Source: a bacterium (GTDB lineage: Bacteria > UBA8248). From it: a stretch of 64,000 nt of DNA. Of the stretch, positions 22,374 through 31,018 are shown piece after piece (positions within the stretch are counted from its first letter, which is position 1; each line of letters starts with the position of its first letter). Both the position numbers and the translations under genes were made by a program. The notes under the pieces are model-generated. The model did no database searches. It had not been told where the DNA came from and saw only the letters and a list, made by a program, of their open reading frames with translations. The stretch spans positions 1,184,001 through 1,248,000 of the forward strand of contig CBDCRP010000002.1 of NCBI GenBank assembly GCA_965221165.1, given 5' to 3'.

Positions 22374-23243
22374 TCACCCCGCCAGGATCAGCAAGACGAT
22401 TCCCGCCAGAATCACCATTCCCCCCAATAGGGTTTCGCGAACGCGCTCGCGCTCCTTGAAAAAGACGTAGCCGATGCCGATGGCCAGGAGAATCTCGACC
22501 TGCTTCACCGATTCCACGTAGGAGATGAGCGTGAGGCGGAAGGCCTCCGCCTGTGCGAGGCTCGCGATGAAGGCGAACAGTCCCAGGGACACGAAGCCCT
22601 TCCAGAGTTTGGGCACGCTCTTGAAGTGCTCGGCGGATTTCCACAGGGTCAGCGGCAACACGACGACCGTCGCCGCCGCATAGGTAATGAGCGTGCCGAA
22701 AGCCGCGTCTGATAGCACCGCCGCCTGCTTGAAGGTGATCACCGAGGTTGGGTACAGCAGCGAGGCGAGCACGGTGTAGCGCATCCCCTTGTCGGTGAAG
22801 ATGGCGCGAACAGGCTCGAACCAGCCGATTCGCGCGCGCGAGACGTTCAGCCCGTAGACGCCCGCCAGGGTGACCAGGATGCCCACGAGCCCCCAGGCCG
22901 AGGGCGCCTCGCCCAGCGTGATGAAAGCGAGCACCACCAGCCATATGGTCGCGAGCTTCCACAGCGATGTCACCACGCCCATCGAACCGTACAAGAGCGC
23001 CTTCGAGAGCGAGAGCGTGGCCATGGTCTGCAGGAAGCCGAACAGTACGCAAAACCACCAGAAGCCGGGCTGTATCTCGGGCGCGCCCCTCAACCACACC
23101 GCCAGGGCCGCGAAGGGGAGCAGGAACGCGAACCGCCCCAGCACGTTGATGTACTCATCGAGCTTGTGGCCGATGGATTTCATCGCCGCGTTTCGCAAGA
23201 CCTGCGCGAGAGCTGCGATAACGGCAAGCGTCACCCAGTCCAA
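22374..23243 (-). CDS. EamA/DMT family transporter
   Basis: 289 aa, about 10 TM in two repeats ending LGE / FKER. Confidence 0.85.
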   Translation of the reverse strand: MDWVTLAVIAALAQVLRNAAMKSIGHKLDEYINVLGRFAFLLPFAALAVWLRGAPEIQPGFWWFCVLFGFLQTMATLSLSKALLYGSMGVVTSLWKLATIWLVVLAFITLGEAPSAWGLVGILVTLAGVYGLNVSRARIGWFEPVRAIFTDKGMRYTVLASLLYPTSVITFKQAAVLSDAAFGTLITYAAATVVVLPLTLWKSAEHFKSVPKLWKGFVSLGLFAFIASLAQAEAFRLTLISYVESVKQVEILLAIGIGYVFFKERERVRETLLGGMVILAGIVLLILAG

Positions 23244-23454
23244 TTCATACTCCTTTGACCCTTTGCCACGTAAAAGCCAGCGCCTTTTCTACGCGCACTT
23301 CAGGCCTAAGTCCAACGGCGACGGGATTTCACGACTCTTGCGCCCAAAAGCCCTACTAAAGCAAACCTGAAATCCCCTCTCCCATCTGACACGGCCGCGC
23401 GCGGTATGCTAATCTGGCGATGGTTATCCGTTCCCCTGAAAGGAGCCTCGCATC

Positions 23455-24483
23455 ATGATTCGCGACGACGTATTCGTCTTCGACAACGTGGTGCACATGT
23501 ACGACTACTCGGATGAGAACCTCATTTCCGAGAAGAGCGAATACGACCGCCACTACCACGTGAGCAAGGCGCTGCGCAGAAGGCGGACCGCGCCCACCGA
23601 CGTCTACGCGGGCTGGGACCCGGTGGAGGGCTTCAAGCGCCGCTGGAGCGTCGAGGATATGGGCCGCCTCGTTTTTGAGGATTCGGGCACCGATATGGCG
23701 ATGGCCCAGGCCGTGCCCCTGTTCGACCTCTACAAGGACGGCTTTGCGCCCGTGAAGGCGCAGTACGCCTTCGCGCAGGCGTTTCCGGAACGCTGCCTGT
23801 TCTGCGGGGCCGTGGACCCCATGTACCCGAGCGTGGCCGCCGCGTGTGAGGAGATGGAGCGCCAGGTGAAGGAGTGGGGGGCGAAATCCATGAAAATCTA
23901 CAACGCCCACGTGGACGGGAAATCCTGGGCGTGCGACGACCCCGAAATCGCCTACCCCCTGTATGAGAAAGGGCGCGAACTGGGGATCAAAGTCTTTCAG
24001 TTCCACAAGGGAAACCCCATCACGCGGGCGAAGCTGCGCGACTTGTCACCACTCGACATCGAGGGCGCGGCCCTCGATTTTCCGGATCTGCTCTTCGGCG
24101 TCCATCATCTGGCGGTGCCCTATTTCGAGGAAGTCGTCTGGATGGCGAACCGCTACGAGAACGTATTCCTCGTGCTCTCGGGCATCGGCCACACGCCCAT
24201 GATCGCGCCCAGAACCTTCACCGAATGGATGGGCAGGCTCCTGCGCGACGTGGGTTCCGAGAGAGTTCTCTGGGGTTCCGAGATGGCGCTTCTGGGTAAC
24301 GCGAAGCCCGTCCTCGAATGGATATGGGAGATGGAAATCCCGGAATCCATGCAGGATGACTACGGCTATCCGCAAATTACCGAAGAGGACAAGCGAAACA
24401 TCCTGGGCCTGAACCAGGCGCGTATCTTCGGCGTTGACGTGGAGGCCAAGAAACGAGAGCTTTGGAACGGAGCAGCCCGATGA
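23455..24483 (+). CDS. Amidohydrolase_2 family metal-dependent hydrolase
   Basis: N-terminal DNVVH, K...FHKG, HH, VLWGSE, KRNILGLNQARIFG; AAGGAG RBS. Confidence 0.8.
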   Translation: MIRDDVFVFDNVVHMYDYSDENLISEKSEYDRHYHVSKALRRRRTAPTDVYAGWDPVEGFKRRWSVEDMGRLVFEDSGTDMAMAQAVPLFDLYKDGFAPVKAQYAFAQAFPERCLFCGAVDPMYPSVAAACEEMERQVKEWGAKSMKIYNAHVDGKSWACDDPEIAYPLYEKGRELGIKVFQFHKGNPITRAKLRDLSPLDIEGAALDFPDLLFGVHHLAVPYFEEVVWMANRYENVFLVLSGIGHTPMIAPRTFTEWMGRLLRDVGSERVLWGSEMALLGNAKPVLEWIWEMEIPESMQDDYGYPQITEEDKRNILGLNQARIFGVDVEAKKRELWNGAAR

Positions 24484-24818
24484 ACGAGCACGACGCCCTT
24501 ATCACCGACGTCGAGGACATCATCGAGACGCAGATTCGCCCGCTTCTCAAGATTCACGGCGGCGGCATCACGCTCGATCGCGTGAGCGAAAAAGGCGAAG
24601 TCTCGCTTCGCTTCGAGGGCGCGTGCCGAGGCTGCATGCTCAAGAGCGTCACCTACGCCCTGGGCGTGCGGCAAAAGCTCATGCAGCACCCCGGCGTTAC
24701 GGACGTTTCCGTCGAGGGCGTTCGCATCTCGGATCACGCCATCAAACGGGTGGAGAAATTCTACTCCGGCTATTCGTTTTGGGTGGGGCATCCGCTCAAA
24801 GACCAATCATCGTCTTGA
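24480..24818 (+). CDS. NifU/NfuA C-terminal-domain Fe-S carrier-like protein
   Basis: IRPLLKIHGGGITL...FEGACRGC (CxxC); ATGA overlap with the upstream stop codon. Confidence 0.85.
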   Translation: MNEHDALITDVEDIIETQIRPLLKIHGGGITLDRVSEKGEVSLRFEGACRGCMLKSVTYALGVRQKLMQHPGVTDVSVEGVRISDHAIKRVEKFYSGYSFWVGHPLKDQSSS

Positions 24819-24835
24819 TCGCCTCGCGCCACCAG

Positions 24836-26104
24836 ATGAGAAAAGAACTGCGCCTGTGGTACGGGTGGGTGATCCTCCTCAGTGTCTTCATCATCCTGAC
24901 GGTAGTCATCGGCATCAGAAATTCCCTCGGCGTCTTCTTCAAGGACATCGCCGGCGAGTTCGGCTGGAACCGCGCGCAGACGGCCGCCGCCTTCACCATG
25001 GGCATGCTCGGCCAGGCGATTGTGGCGCCCTTCGCGGGCTGGGTGCTCGAGCGCTTCAACATGCGCTGGGTGATCGGGGCGGGCATTTTCGTGAACGGGG
25101 CGGCGCTCATCATCGGGGCCTACATCGACGCGCTCTGGCATTTTTACGCCATGTATTTTCTGCTCTCGCTGGGCTTCGCCTTCACGGCCAACCTGCCGCA
25201 GGTGCAACTGCTCTCGAACTGGTTCGTCTTGAAGCGTGGACTCGCCATGGGCTTCTCGCACGCCGCTCAGGGCTTCGCGCCCATCCTGAACATCTTCACC
25301 CCGCTGCTCATCATGAGCCTCGGCTGGCGGGGGAGCTATCTCGCGCTGGCGGGTATTGTACTTCTTCTCGTGTTGCCCTTCGCCGTGACTCTGCTGCGCG
25401 ACCACCCCAGAGAGAAGCGCACCGCTCCCGACGCGCCCTTTTTAACATCCGAGGAGTTCTCCCGCGCTCGCGCCAGAAGCGCCGTCATCGTTCCTTCGGG
25501 TAAAGAAACAGAAACCGGCTATTTCTCTTTTTTCTTCACCCGCAGGTTCATGCTTATCGGCGGGGCATTCGGCAGCATCGCCTACATCTTCACCGCCGTA
25601 TTGGTGCACCTGATCCCCCATGCGACGGACCAGGGCTTCTCTCCCTCGGGGGGCGCCGCGCTCTTCGCCTTGTATGGAGCGGCTCTCGTCGTGGGGAACG
25701 GGCTGAGCGCGATATCCGATCGCATCGGGAGACTCCCAACCTACATGGTGGGCGTGGTGTGCGGCGTGGCCGCGAGTTATCTCCTGGCCGCCTTCACGCG
25801 CGCATCACCCGAGTGGCGGATATACGCGGGCGCGATGGGGTTGGGCTTTGCTCTCGGTTTTGTCCGGCCCACGGCGTCCTCTTTGCTGGCGGATCATTTC
25901 GCGGGGCCGGGCTTCGGACTGGTGAACGGATGCGCGATGATGGTCTTCTCCCTCATAGGCGCTCTCGGCCCCCTCGTGACGGGGATGCTCTTCGACGCGA
26001 GCGGAAACTACTACGCGGGCTTTCTCCTCTTGGGCGGCATGTTCATCGCGGGCTCAATTTTCGTCCTGGGTCTCTCGCGCATGCCGCGGGAAGAGCGCGG
26101 CTAG
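24836..26104 (+). CDS. MFS transporter (MCT/OFA-like), copy 1
   Basis: LWYGWVIL start, NWFVLKRGLAMG, SDRIGR; about 12 TM; start reassigned from 24434. Confidence 0.9.
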   Translation: MRKELRLWYGWVILLSVFIILTVVIGIRNSLGVFFKDIAGEFGWNRAQTAAAFTMGMLGQAIVAPFAGWVLERFNMRWVIGAGIFVNGAALIIGAYIDALWHFYAMYFLLSLGFAFTANLPQVQLLSNWFVLKRGLAMGFSHAAQGFAPILNIFTPLLIMSLGWRGSYLALAGIVLLLVLPFAVTLLRDHPREKRTAPDAPFLTSEEFSRARARSAVIVPSGKETETGYFSFFFTRRFMLIGGAFGSIAYIFTAVLVHLIPHATDQGFSPSGGAALFALYGAALVVGNGLSAISDRIGRLPTYMVGVVCGVAASYLLAAFTRASPEWRIYAGAMGLGFALGFVRPTASSLLADHFAGPGFGLVNGCAMMVFSLIGALGPLVTGMLFDASGNYYAGFLLLGGMFIAGSIFVLGLSRMPREERG

Positions 26105-26117
26105 CACGTTGACTCCC

Positions 26118-27383
26118 ATGCGAGACGAATCGCGCCTCTGGTACGGCTGGGTGGTTCTGGCCGTTGTCTACCTCGTCATGATCTCGCTCATCGCCTTTCG
26201 CGCCACCATCGGGCCCTTCTTCAAGGAAATTTCGGGCGAGTTGGGCTGGAGCCGCGGGGCGACGGCGGCGGCGTTTTCCATCGGCATGCTGGCCCAGGCC
26301 GTCATCTCGCCGCTGGCGGGTATTCTCTCCGACCGCTGGAGCATCCGTGCCACGATGTCTGCGGGCGTTCTGGTGTTCGGCCTTTCCTTGCTCATCGGAA
26401 GCTGGATCACCTCGCTATGGCAGTTTTATCTCATGTATATCGGCCTGTGCGCGGGCTTCGCTGCGGGCACGTGGGTCGCCCAGCTGCCCACGCTGTCGAA
26501 CTGGTTCGTGAAAAAAAGAGGGTTCGCCTTAGGCATCGTCAACACGGCGCAGGGCGGCGCTTTCGTCTTGAACATCGCTACCCCATATCTTATCGCGGCC
26601 CTGGGCTGGCGGATGAGCTATCTGGCGCTGGCGGGGATGGTTTTGCTGATCGTGCTTCCCATCTGCATCGTGTTTCACAGAGACCACCCATCGGATATAG
26701 GCACCATCGCCGATGCCCCCTTCGTTGGGGACGCGCCGGATGAGAAACCACCGAAACCAACGCCTCCATCATCCGGCAATCCGCAGGTCCCTTTATTCAA
26801 CCTGCCGTTTTTCTTATTTCTAGGCTCGTTTCTGCCCATGGCGTACGCCTTTTCGGGCATGCTCGTCCATCTGGTGCCTCACGCCACGGACCAGGGATTC
26901 TCGCTCCAGACCGCAAGCGTCTTGTTCGCCATATGGGGATTCTGCCAGATGGCGGCGAACCTCATCAGCCCGGTTTCCGACAGGCTTGGCCGAGTGCCGA
27001 CGTTCATGATCGGCGTCGTCTTGGGAATCTTCTCCGCCTTCGTTCTGGCCACATACGAACAGGGCGACCCTGAAATCCGCTTCTACCTGGGGACGATAAC
27101 CAACGGCGCCGCCCTGGGCCTCATGCGGCCCACCGGCTCGGCCATCCTGGCGGATTATTTCGAAGGACCGGGCTTCGGGCGCGTAAACGGGGTGGTGATG
27201 ATGGGCTTCGCCCTATGGGGTTCGGCGGGGCCTTGGGCCACGGGCGCCCTGTACGATCTGCACGGCTCCTATCTGTGGGGCTTGTCGATACTCGCGCTCA
27301 TGTTTTTTCTCTGCGGCGTCTTCGTATTGTTACTCGGGTGGATAAAACGAGATAAGAGAGGGGAATCTCCCGCTGAATCATAA
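26118..27383 (+). CDS. MFS transporter (MCT/OFA-like), copy 2
   Basis: LWYGWVVL, NWFVKKRGFALG, SDRLGR; paralog of the upstream MFS. Confidence 0.9.
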   Translation: MRDESRLWYGWVVLAVVYLVMISLIAFRATIGPFFKEISGELGWSRGATAAAFSIGMLAQAVISPLAGILSDRWSIRATMSAGVLVFGLSLLIGSWITSLWQFYLMYIGLCAGFAAGTWVAQLPTLSNWFVKKRGFALGIVNTAQGGAFVLNIATPYLIAALGWRMSYLALAGMVLLIVLPICIVFHRDHPSDIGTIADAPFVGDAPDEKPPKPTPPSSGNPQVPLFNLPFFLFLGSFLPMAYAFSGMLVHLVPHATDQGFSLQTASVLFAIWGFCQMAANLISPVSDRLGRVPTFMIGVVLGIFSAFVLATYEQGDPEIRFYLGTITNGAALGLMRPTGSAILADYFEGPGFGRVNGVVMMGFALWGSAGPWATGALYDLHGSYLWGLSILALMFFLCGVFVLLLGWIKRDKRGESPAES

Positions 27384-27405
27384 AACCACGAATTCGAGGA
27401 TAAGT

Positions 27406-28310
27406 ATGCCGCTAGAAAAAGTCGATGGATTCTATTTTCACCCCGACTCGCGCGATCGCGTCCTGGCGCAGCGCCACGCGGACAGGGCCAAAACGCCCTG
27501 GACGCCGATGGAAAAACCGCTCGAACAATGCAAGGTCACCTTGGTCTCCACGGCCGGCATCTTCATGAAAGACGACGTTTCTTTCGATTATGAAAGAGAA
27601 CACCGCGAGGGCGCCTGGGGCGACCCCACCCACCGGGAGATTCCCAAAACGGCGGGGCAGCACGACGTGTCGTATTCCCACCTGCACGTCGACACCTCGT
27701 TCATGGCCGAGGACAGAAACGTGGCCTGGCCGGTCGACATCTTTCTCGATTTCGAGAGGGAGGGGAAAATCGGCGCGCTGGCCGATACGCTGTATTCCAT
27801 CATGGGCTACATCCCGAACTTCAACCCGCTGGTGAAGCGCACAGCGCCCCTGATGATCGAAAAGATGAAGGACGAGGGCGTGGACGCGGCTTTTCTCTAC
27901 CCGGTCTGACCCTTGTGCAACCGGTCCGGCGGACTGCTTCAGCGAGAAATCGAAAAGGCGGGAATTCCACCGTCATCATCTCCAACGTGCCCGAGACCAC
28001 CGAGCGCGTCTGCGTGCCCAGAGCGGTGTTCGTCCAATATCCCTTCGGACGTCAACTGGGCCTCGTGGGCGATTACGACGGCCAGCGCCGGATTTGCGAG
28101 GACATGGCGACGGTGCTGGAAGCAGCGCAGTCGCCCAACGCCTATCGGCACCTGCCCCATGAGTGGCCCGAGCCGCCCGAGACCACCAAATGGCGTCCGG
28201 ACGTGCCGCCTCCCATCTTCGCCATCCGGCAGGCCAAAGAGGGTGGACACAATCTGATGGATGATTTCAAGGACGAAGAGCGGGCCGCGTATTCGGACAC
28301 CAGTCGCTAG
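27406..28310 (+). CDS. GrdB/PrdB-like selenoprotein (UxxC); TGA 27907-27909 read as Sec; -1 frame change near 27955-27968 (may be a pseudogene or a sequence error)
   Basis: PWTP...KVTLVSTAG...GDP...DRNVAWPVD N-domain; read-through gives VDAAFLYPV-U-PLCNRSGGLLQREIEKAGI, then the -1 frame gives TVIISNVPETTERVCVPRAVFVQYPFGRQLG, matching the PrdB-type C-terminal pattern. Confidence 0.8.
27922..27936 (+). promoter_or_regulatory. Candidate bacterial SECIS hairpin
   Basis: CGGTCC-GGC-GGACTG stem-loop starting 12 nt after the in-frame TGA. Confidence 0.5.
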
Positions 28311-28367
28311 CCGAACGCCCGGAGCGCGCCGTCGGCCTTACCGCGCGCTCCTTTTATGACCCTCAAA

Positions 28368-29777
28368 TTACGCTTTTTCCAGCCTGGCGAAATTAAGATA
28401 AAACCGCCCGTCCATCTCCGTGCGCGAGAGCGTTTGCGCGAAACCTTTCGATTCCACCCGGTAGACCTGCTCTTTTCCTCGCGCTCTGGGCATTTTGATG
28501 AGCGCCTCTCCATCGAGGCCCTTGGGCATCTTTTTCCCCATCAGGGAGAGTATGGTGGGGGCCAGATCGACGTTGCCCGTCGGCGCATCCACCCGCGCGC
28601 CCGTCTGAAAGACAGGGCCTTCGGCAATCAGGAAATTACATAACTCATACGGGCTGCACGAGCCGTGCGTTCCGCCGCTTCCCTTGTTGTTGACCGACGA
28701 ATATCCCCAACCCGGGAGCGCGCCTGTGCGCTTCTCGCCTCGCAGGAAGCCGTCGCCCCACTGAAAACCCATGAGCAAATCGGGCGCTCGGGGGCCGCCG
28801 CAACCCACTAGCCTTAAGGACATCGTTCCCGGCGGCGCGCCCTCGGCTCCTTCTCCATCTTTTGAGAACAAAGGCCCCGCCCAGTCCTTGGTGCGCAGAA
28901 ACGCGACAAGTTCCAAAAGCGTTTTTTCCGATTCGGCGTAAAAAAGGGCGGCTCCCTCGCTGTGCGCCAACTGCCAACTCTCACCGCGACCCGGGAGGTC
29001 TGCGAGTTCGGCTTCCAAATCGATCATTCCCGCCGTCTCCACCACCCCGTGATCCGAGAACAAAAGAAGATTCGTCTGCAATGAATCATCGCGCTCTTTT
29101 CTCAGCCTCTCCCAGAACGCGCCGAACAACCGATCCACGCCCGTAAGAGCCTCGCGATGTACGGCCCCGGCGGCGCCCTGGTGATGCTGGGTGCTGTCCG
29201 GCTCGCTCAGGTGAACCACGAGCACGGCAGGTTCTAATTTGGGAATCACGTAATCGAGCGCGAAATCGAGCGCCCACGCGCAGCGCGCAAGGTCGGGTTC
29301 ACCGGCGGCGGGAATTTCTCCCGCTTCTTCGATTTTTCCGCGCCATTCGGCGGGATGCGTCGCCTCTGGTTGGATCAGACATGCGGGCTGGCCCGCGTTC
29401 CAAAGCCAGGCGGAGCCGCTCGACGCAGCACTGATGATGACGCCGCCGCCGAGACGCTCGAAAAAAGTGTCCCGCAAGAGCAGCCGCCCGCCCAGGGCGC
29501 GCTCCCAGGCGAGGAGGCTCTCGTAGCGGCCCGTGGTGATGGTTTCGCCCAACTCGCGCGCGAAGAGTGAATTGCCCGGCAGGCCGTGCTTTTGGGGGTA
29601 GACGCCGGTGGCGAGGCTTGAGACGCAAACCCGGGTCGAGGTGGGAAACGTGCTGCGGTGATTCTGAAGCCACATGCCTCGCTCCGCCGCCGCCAGGAGA
29701 TTCGGCGTGGTCTTTTCGCTCAGAGCGTCGGCGCGCAGACCATCGAACTGAATCGCGATGACTCGTGGCGAGGTCAT
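28368..29777 (-). CDS. Alkaline phosphatase superfamily / nucleotide pyrophosphatase-phosphodiesterase
   Basis: FDGLRAD, FPTSTR...TGVYPQKHGL, EPDSTQH, FSDHG, THGS, NVDLAPT. Confidence 0.85.
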   Translation of the reverse strand: MTSPRVIAIQFDGLRADALSEKTTPNLLAAAERGMWLQNHRSTFPTSTRVCVSSLATGVYPQKHGLPGNSLFARELGETITTGRYESLLAWERALGGRLLLRDTFFERLGGGVIISAASSGSAWLWNAGQPACLIQPEATHPAEWRGKIEEAGEIPAAGEPDLARCAWALDFALDYVIPKLEPAVLVVHLSEPDSTQHHQGAAGAVHREALTGVDRLFGAFWERLRKERDDSLQTNLLLFSDHGVVETAGMIDLEAELADLPGRGESWQLAHSEGAALFYAESEKTLLELVAFLRTKDWAGPLFSKDGEGAEGAPPGTMSLRLVGCGGPRAPDLLMGFQWGDGFLRGEKRTGALPGWGYSSVNNKGSGGTHGSCSPYELCNFLIAEGPVFQTGARVDAPTGNVDLAPTILSLMGKKMPKGLDGEALIKMPRARGKEQVYRVESKGFAQTLSRTEMDGRFYLNFARLEKA

Positions 29778-29794
29778 CCGTTCCTCATCCTACA

Positions 29795-29826
29795 AACGAA
29801 AAGCGGCGGGAGCTTACCCCCGCCGC
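29795..29826 (-). terminator. Rho-independent terminator after the nitrile hydratase alpha-like gene
   Basis: GCGGCGGG/CCCGCCGC stem followed by TTTT on the minus strand. Confidence 0.6.
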
Positions 29827-29847
29827 CTGGAAAGCTAGAATACGCGA

Positions 29848-30627
29848 TCAGGTGGCCTGTTCCGCCGCCTGCGTGGCTTTTTCGAGTTCCTCGGGCGTTA
29901 AGGGATCACCCACGCCGATCATCGAATCCCGCGTTACGAGTTGGAAGAGTTGCGCTTCGCTCCAGTCTTCGGTTCCCTTCGGACGCTGGGGGATGATGAG
30001 ATAGCGGCAATCCGCGTTCGAGTCGATGACGATGAGTTCCACGTCATCGGGCGCCTCGAAGCCCATGTCCTTTAAGGTACCCCTCGGGTCCGTCACGGCT
30101 TTCGAGCGATAGGGGAAGCTCTTGTACCAGGTGGGGGGCTGTCCGAGGATTTGCCTCGGGTAGCACGAACACAGCGTGCACACCACCATGTAGCGGGTCG
30201 AATCGGTATTATCGAGAGCCACCACGCGGTTGATACCCGAGGTGTCGACGCCCATTTCGGAACAGGCGGCGTCCGCGTCCGCCAGGAGCCTTTCCTTGAA
30301 GCCCTCATCCACCCAGGCGCGCGCGATGATGCGCGAACCAATGGCGGGGCTTTGGCCGTAAATCTCCTCCACCGCGCGCCTCATCTCATCGGTCGTGAGA
30401 ATGCCCTTCTCGCGGAGGACGTTCATCAGAGCCATCATGCGCACCTGGTAGTAGTCCAGATCGTGCTCGACCTGGGTCACGGCCCCCTCGCGGTAGGCGT
30501 CGTCGGACTGCATTCGCGCGTTGTGCGCCGAGGGGTCCTGGCTATAGGTGTGAGGATGATCGCCGTGGTGGTGAGTATGTCCGTTGTGATGATCGTGAGA
30601 GTGCGCCATGTTGTGCTCCTCGCTCAC
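29848..30627 (-). CDS. Co-type nitrile hydratase alpha / thiocyanate hydrolase gamma-like subunit with His-rich N-terminus
   Basis: Metal-binding VVCTLCSCYP motif, ARAWVD..FKERLL, LVTRDSMIG. Confidence 0.88.
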   Translation of the reverse strand: MSEEHNMAHSHDHHNGHTHHHGDHPHTYSQDPSAHNARMQSDDAYREGAVTQVEHDLDYYQVRMMALMNVLREKGILTTDEMRRAVEEIYGQSPAIGSRIIARAWVDEGFKERLLADADAACSEMGVDTSGINRVVALDNTDSTRYMVVCTLCSCYPRQILGQPPTWYKSFPYRSKAVTDPRGTLKDMGFEAPDDVELIVIDSNADCRYLIIPQRPKGTEDWSEAQLFQLVTRDSMIGVGDPLTPEELEKATQAAEQAT

Positions 30628-30648
30628 AGGGGAGCCGGTGGATTCACC

Positions 30649-30936
30649 CTAGGCCGGCTCCAACCAATGTTCATAAATTTCTATATAGAGTTTGTCCTGT
30701 TTTTCCCCCGCCTCGTGATCCCACAGATCGTTGATGTCGAACTCTACCCAGTAGAGTTCCCTGAGCGGCAATCCATCGCCGCCGTAGGCGAGATTCTCGG
30801 GGTTTTTGTATTTGCCGAAATAGCGGTTGACGACGCCCGTCTTTCCCTTCACGAAATATGTCGTTCGGTGATGGCCGTCGGGGTACATCTCCTTGATGCG
30901 CACCCTATCGCCCAAACGGAACCGGGTTTCCTCCAT
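30649..30936 (-). CDS. Nitrile hydratase beta C-terminal SH3-like domain protein (thiocyanate hydrolase alpha-like)
   Basis: FRLGDRVRI...HHRTTYFVKGKTG...NPE..AYG...LYWVEF...LW...IEIYEHWLEP. Confidence 0.85.
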   Translation of the reverse strand: MEETRFRLGDRVRIKEMYPDGHHRTTYFVKGKTGVVNRYFGKYKNPENLAYGGDGLPLRELYWVEFDINDLWDHEAGEKQDKLYIEIYEHWLEPA

Positions 30937-30986
30937 CGGAACATCCCCTTTGCAGATGAATCGACTTGAACTGAACTATTACTTGA

Positions 30987-31014
30987 ATTTTACACCCAGA
31001 AGGCTCTTTGTCCA
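30987..31014 (-). promoter_or_regulatory. Candidate sigma70 promoter for the NHase-like pair
   Basis: Minus strand TGGACA-16 nt-TAAAAT. Confidence 0.45.
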
Positions 31015-31018
31015 GTCC

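Noticed and set aside
24434-24835. N-terminal extension of the 556-aa MFS ORF
   Set aside because: Overlaps the NifU-like gene in another frame; the true start is at 24836 by comparison with the paralog.
27913-28257. 114-aa ORF as an independent gene
   Set aside because: It is the post-UGA continuation of the selenoprotein and becomes noise after the frame change.
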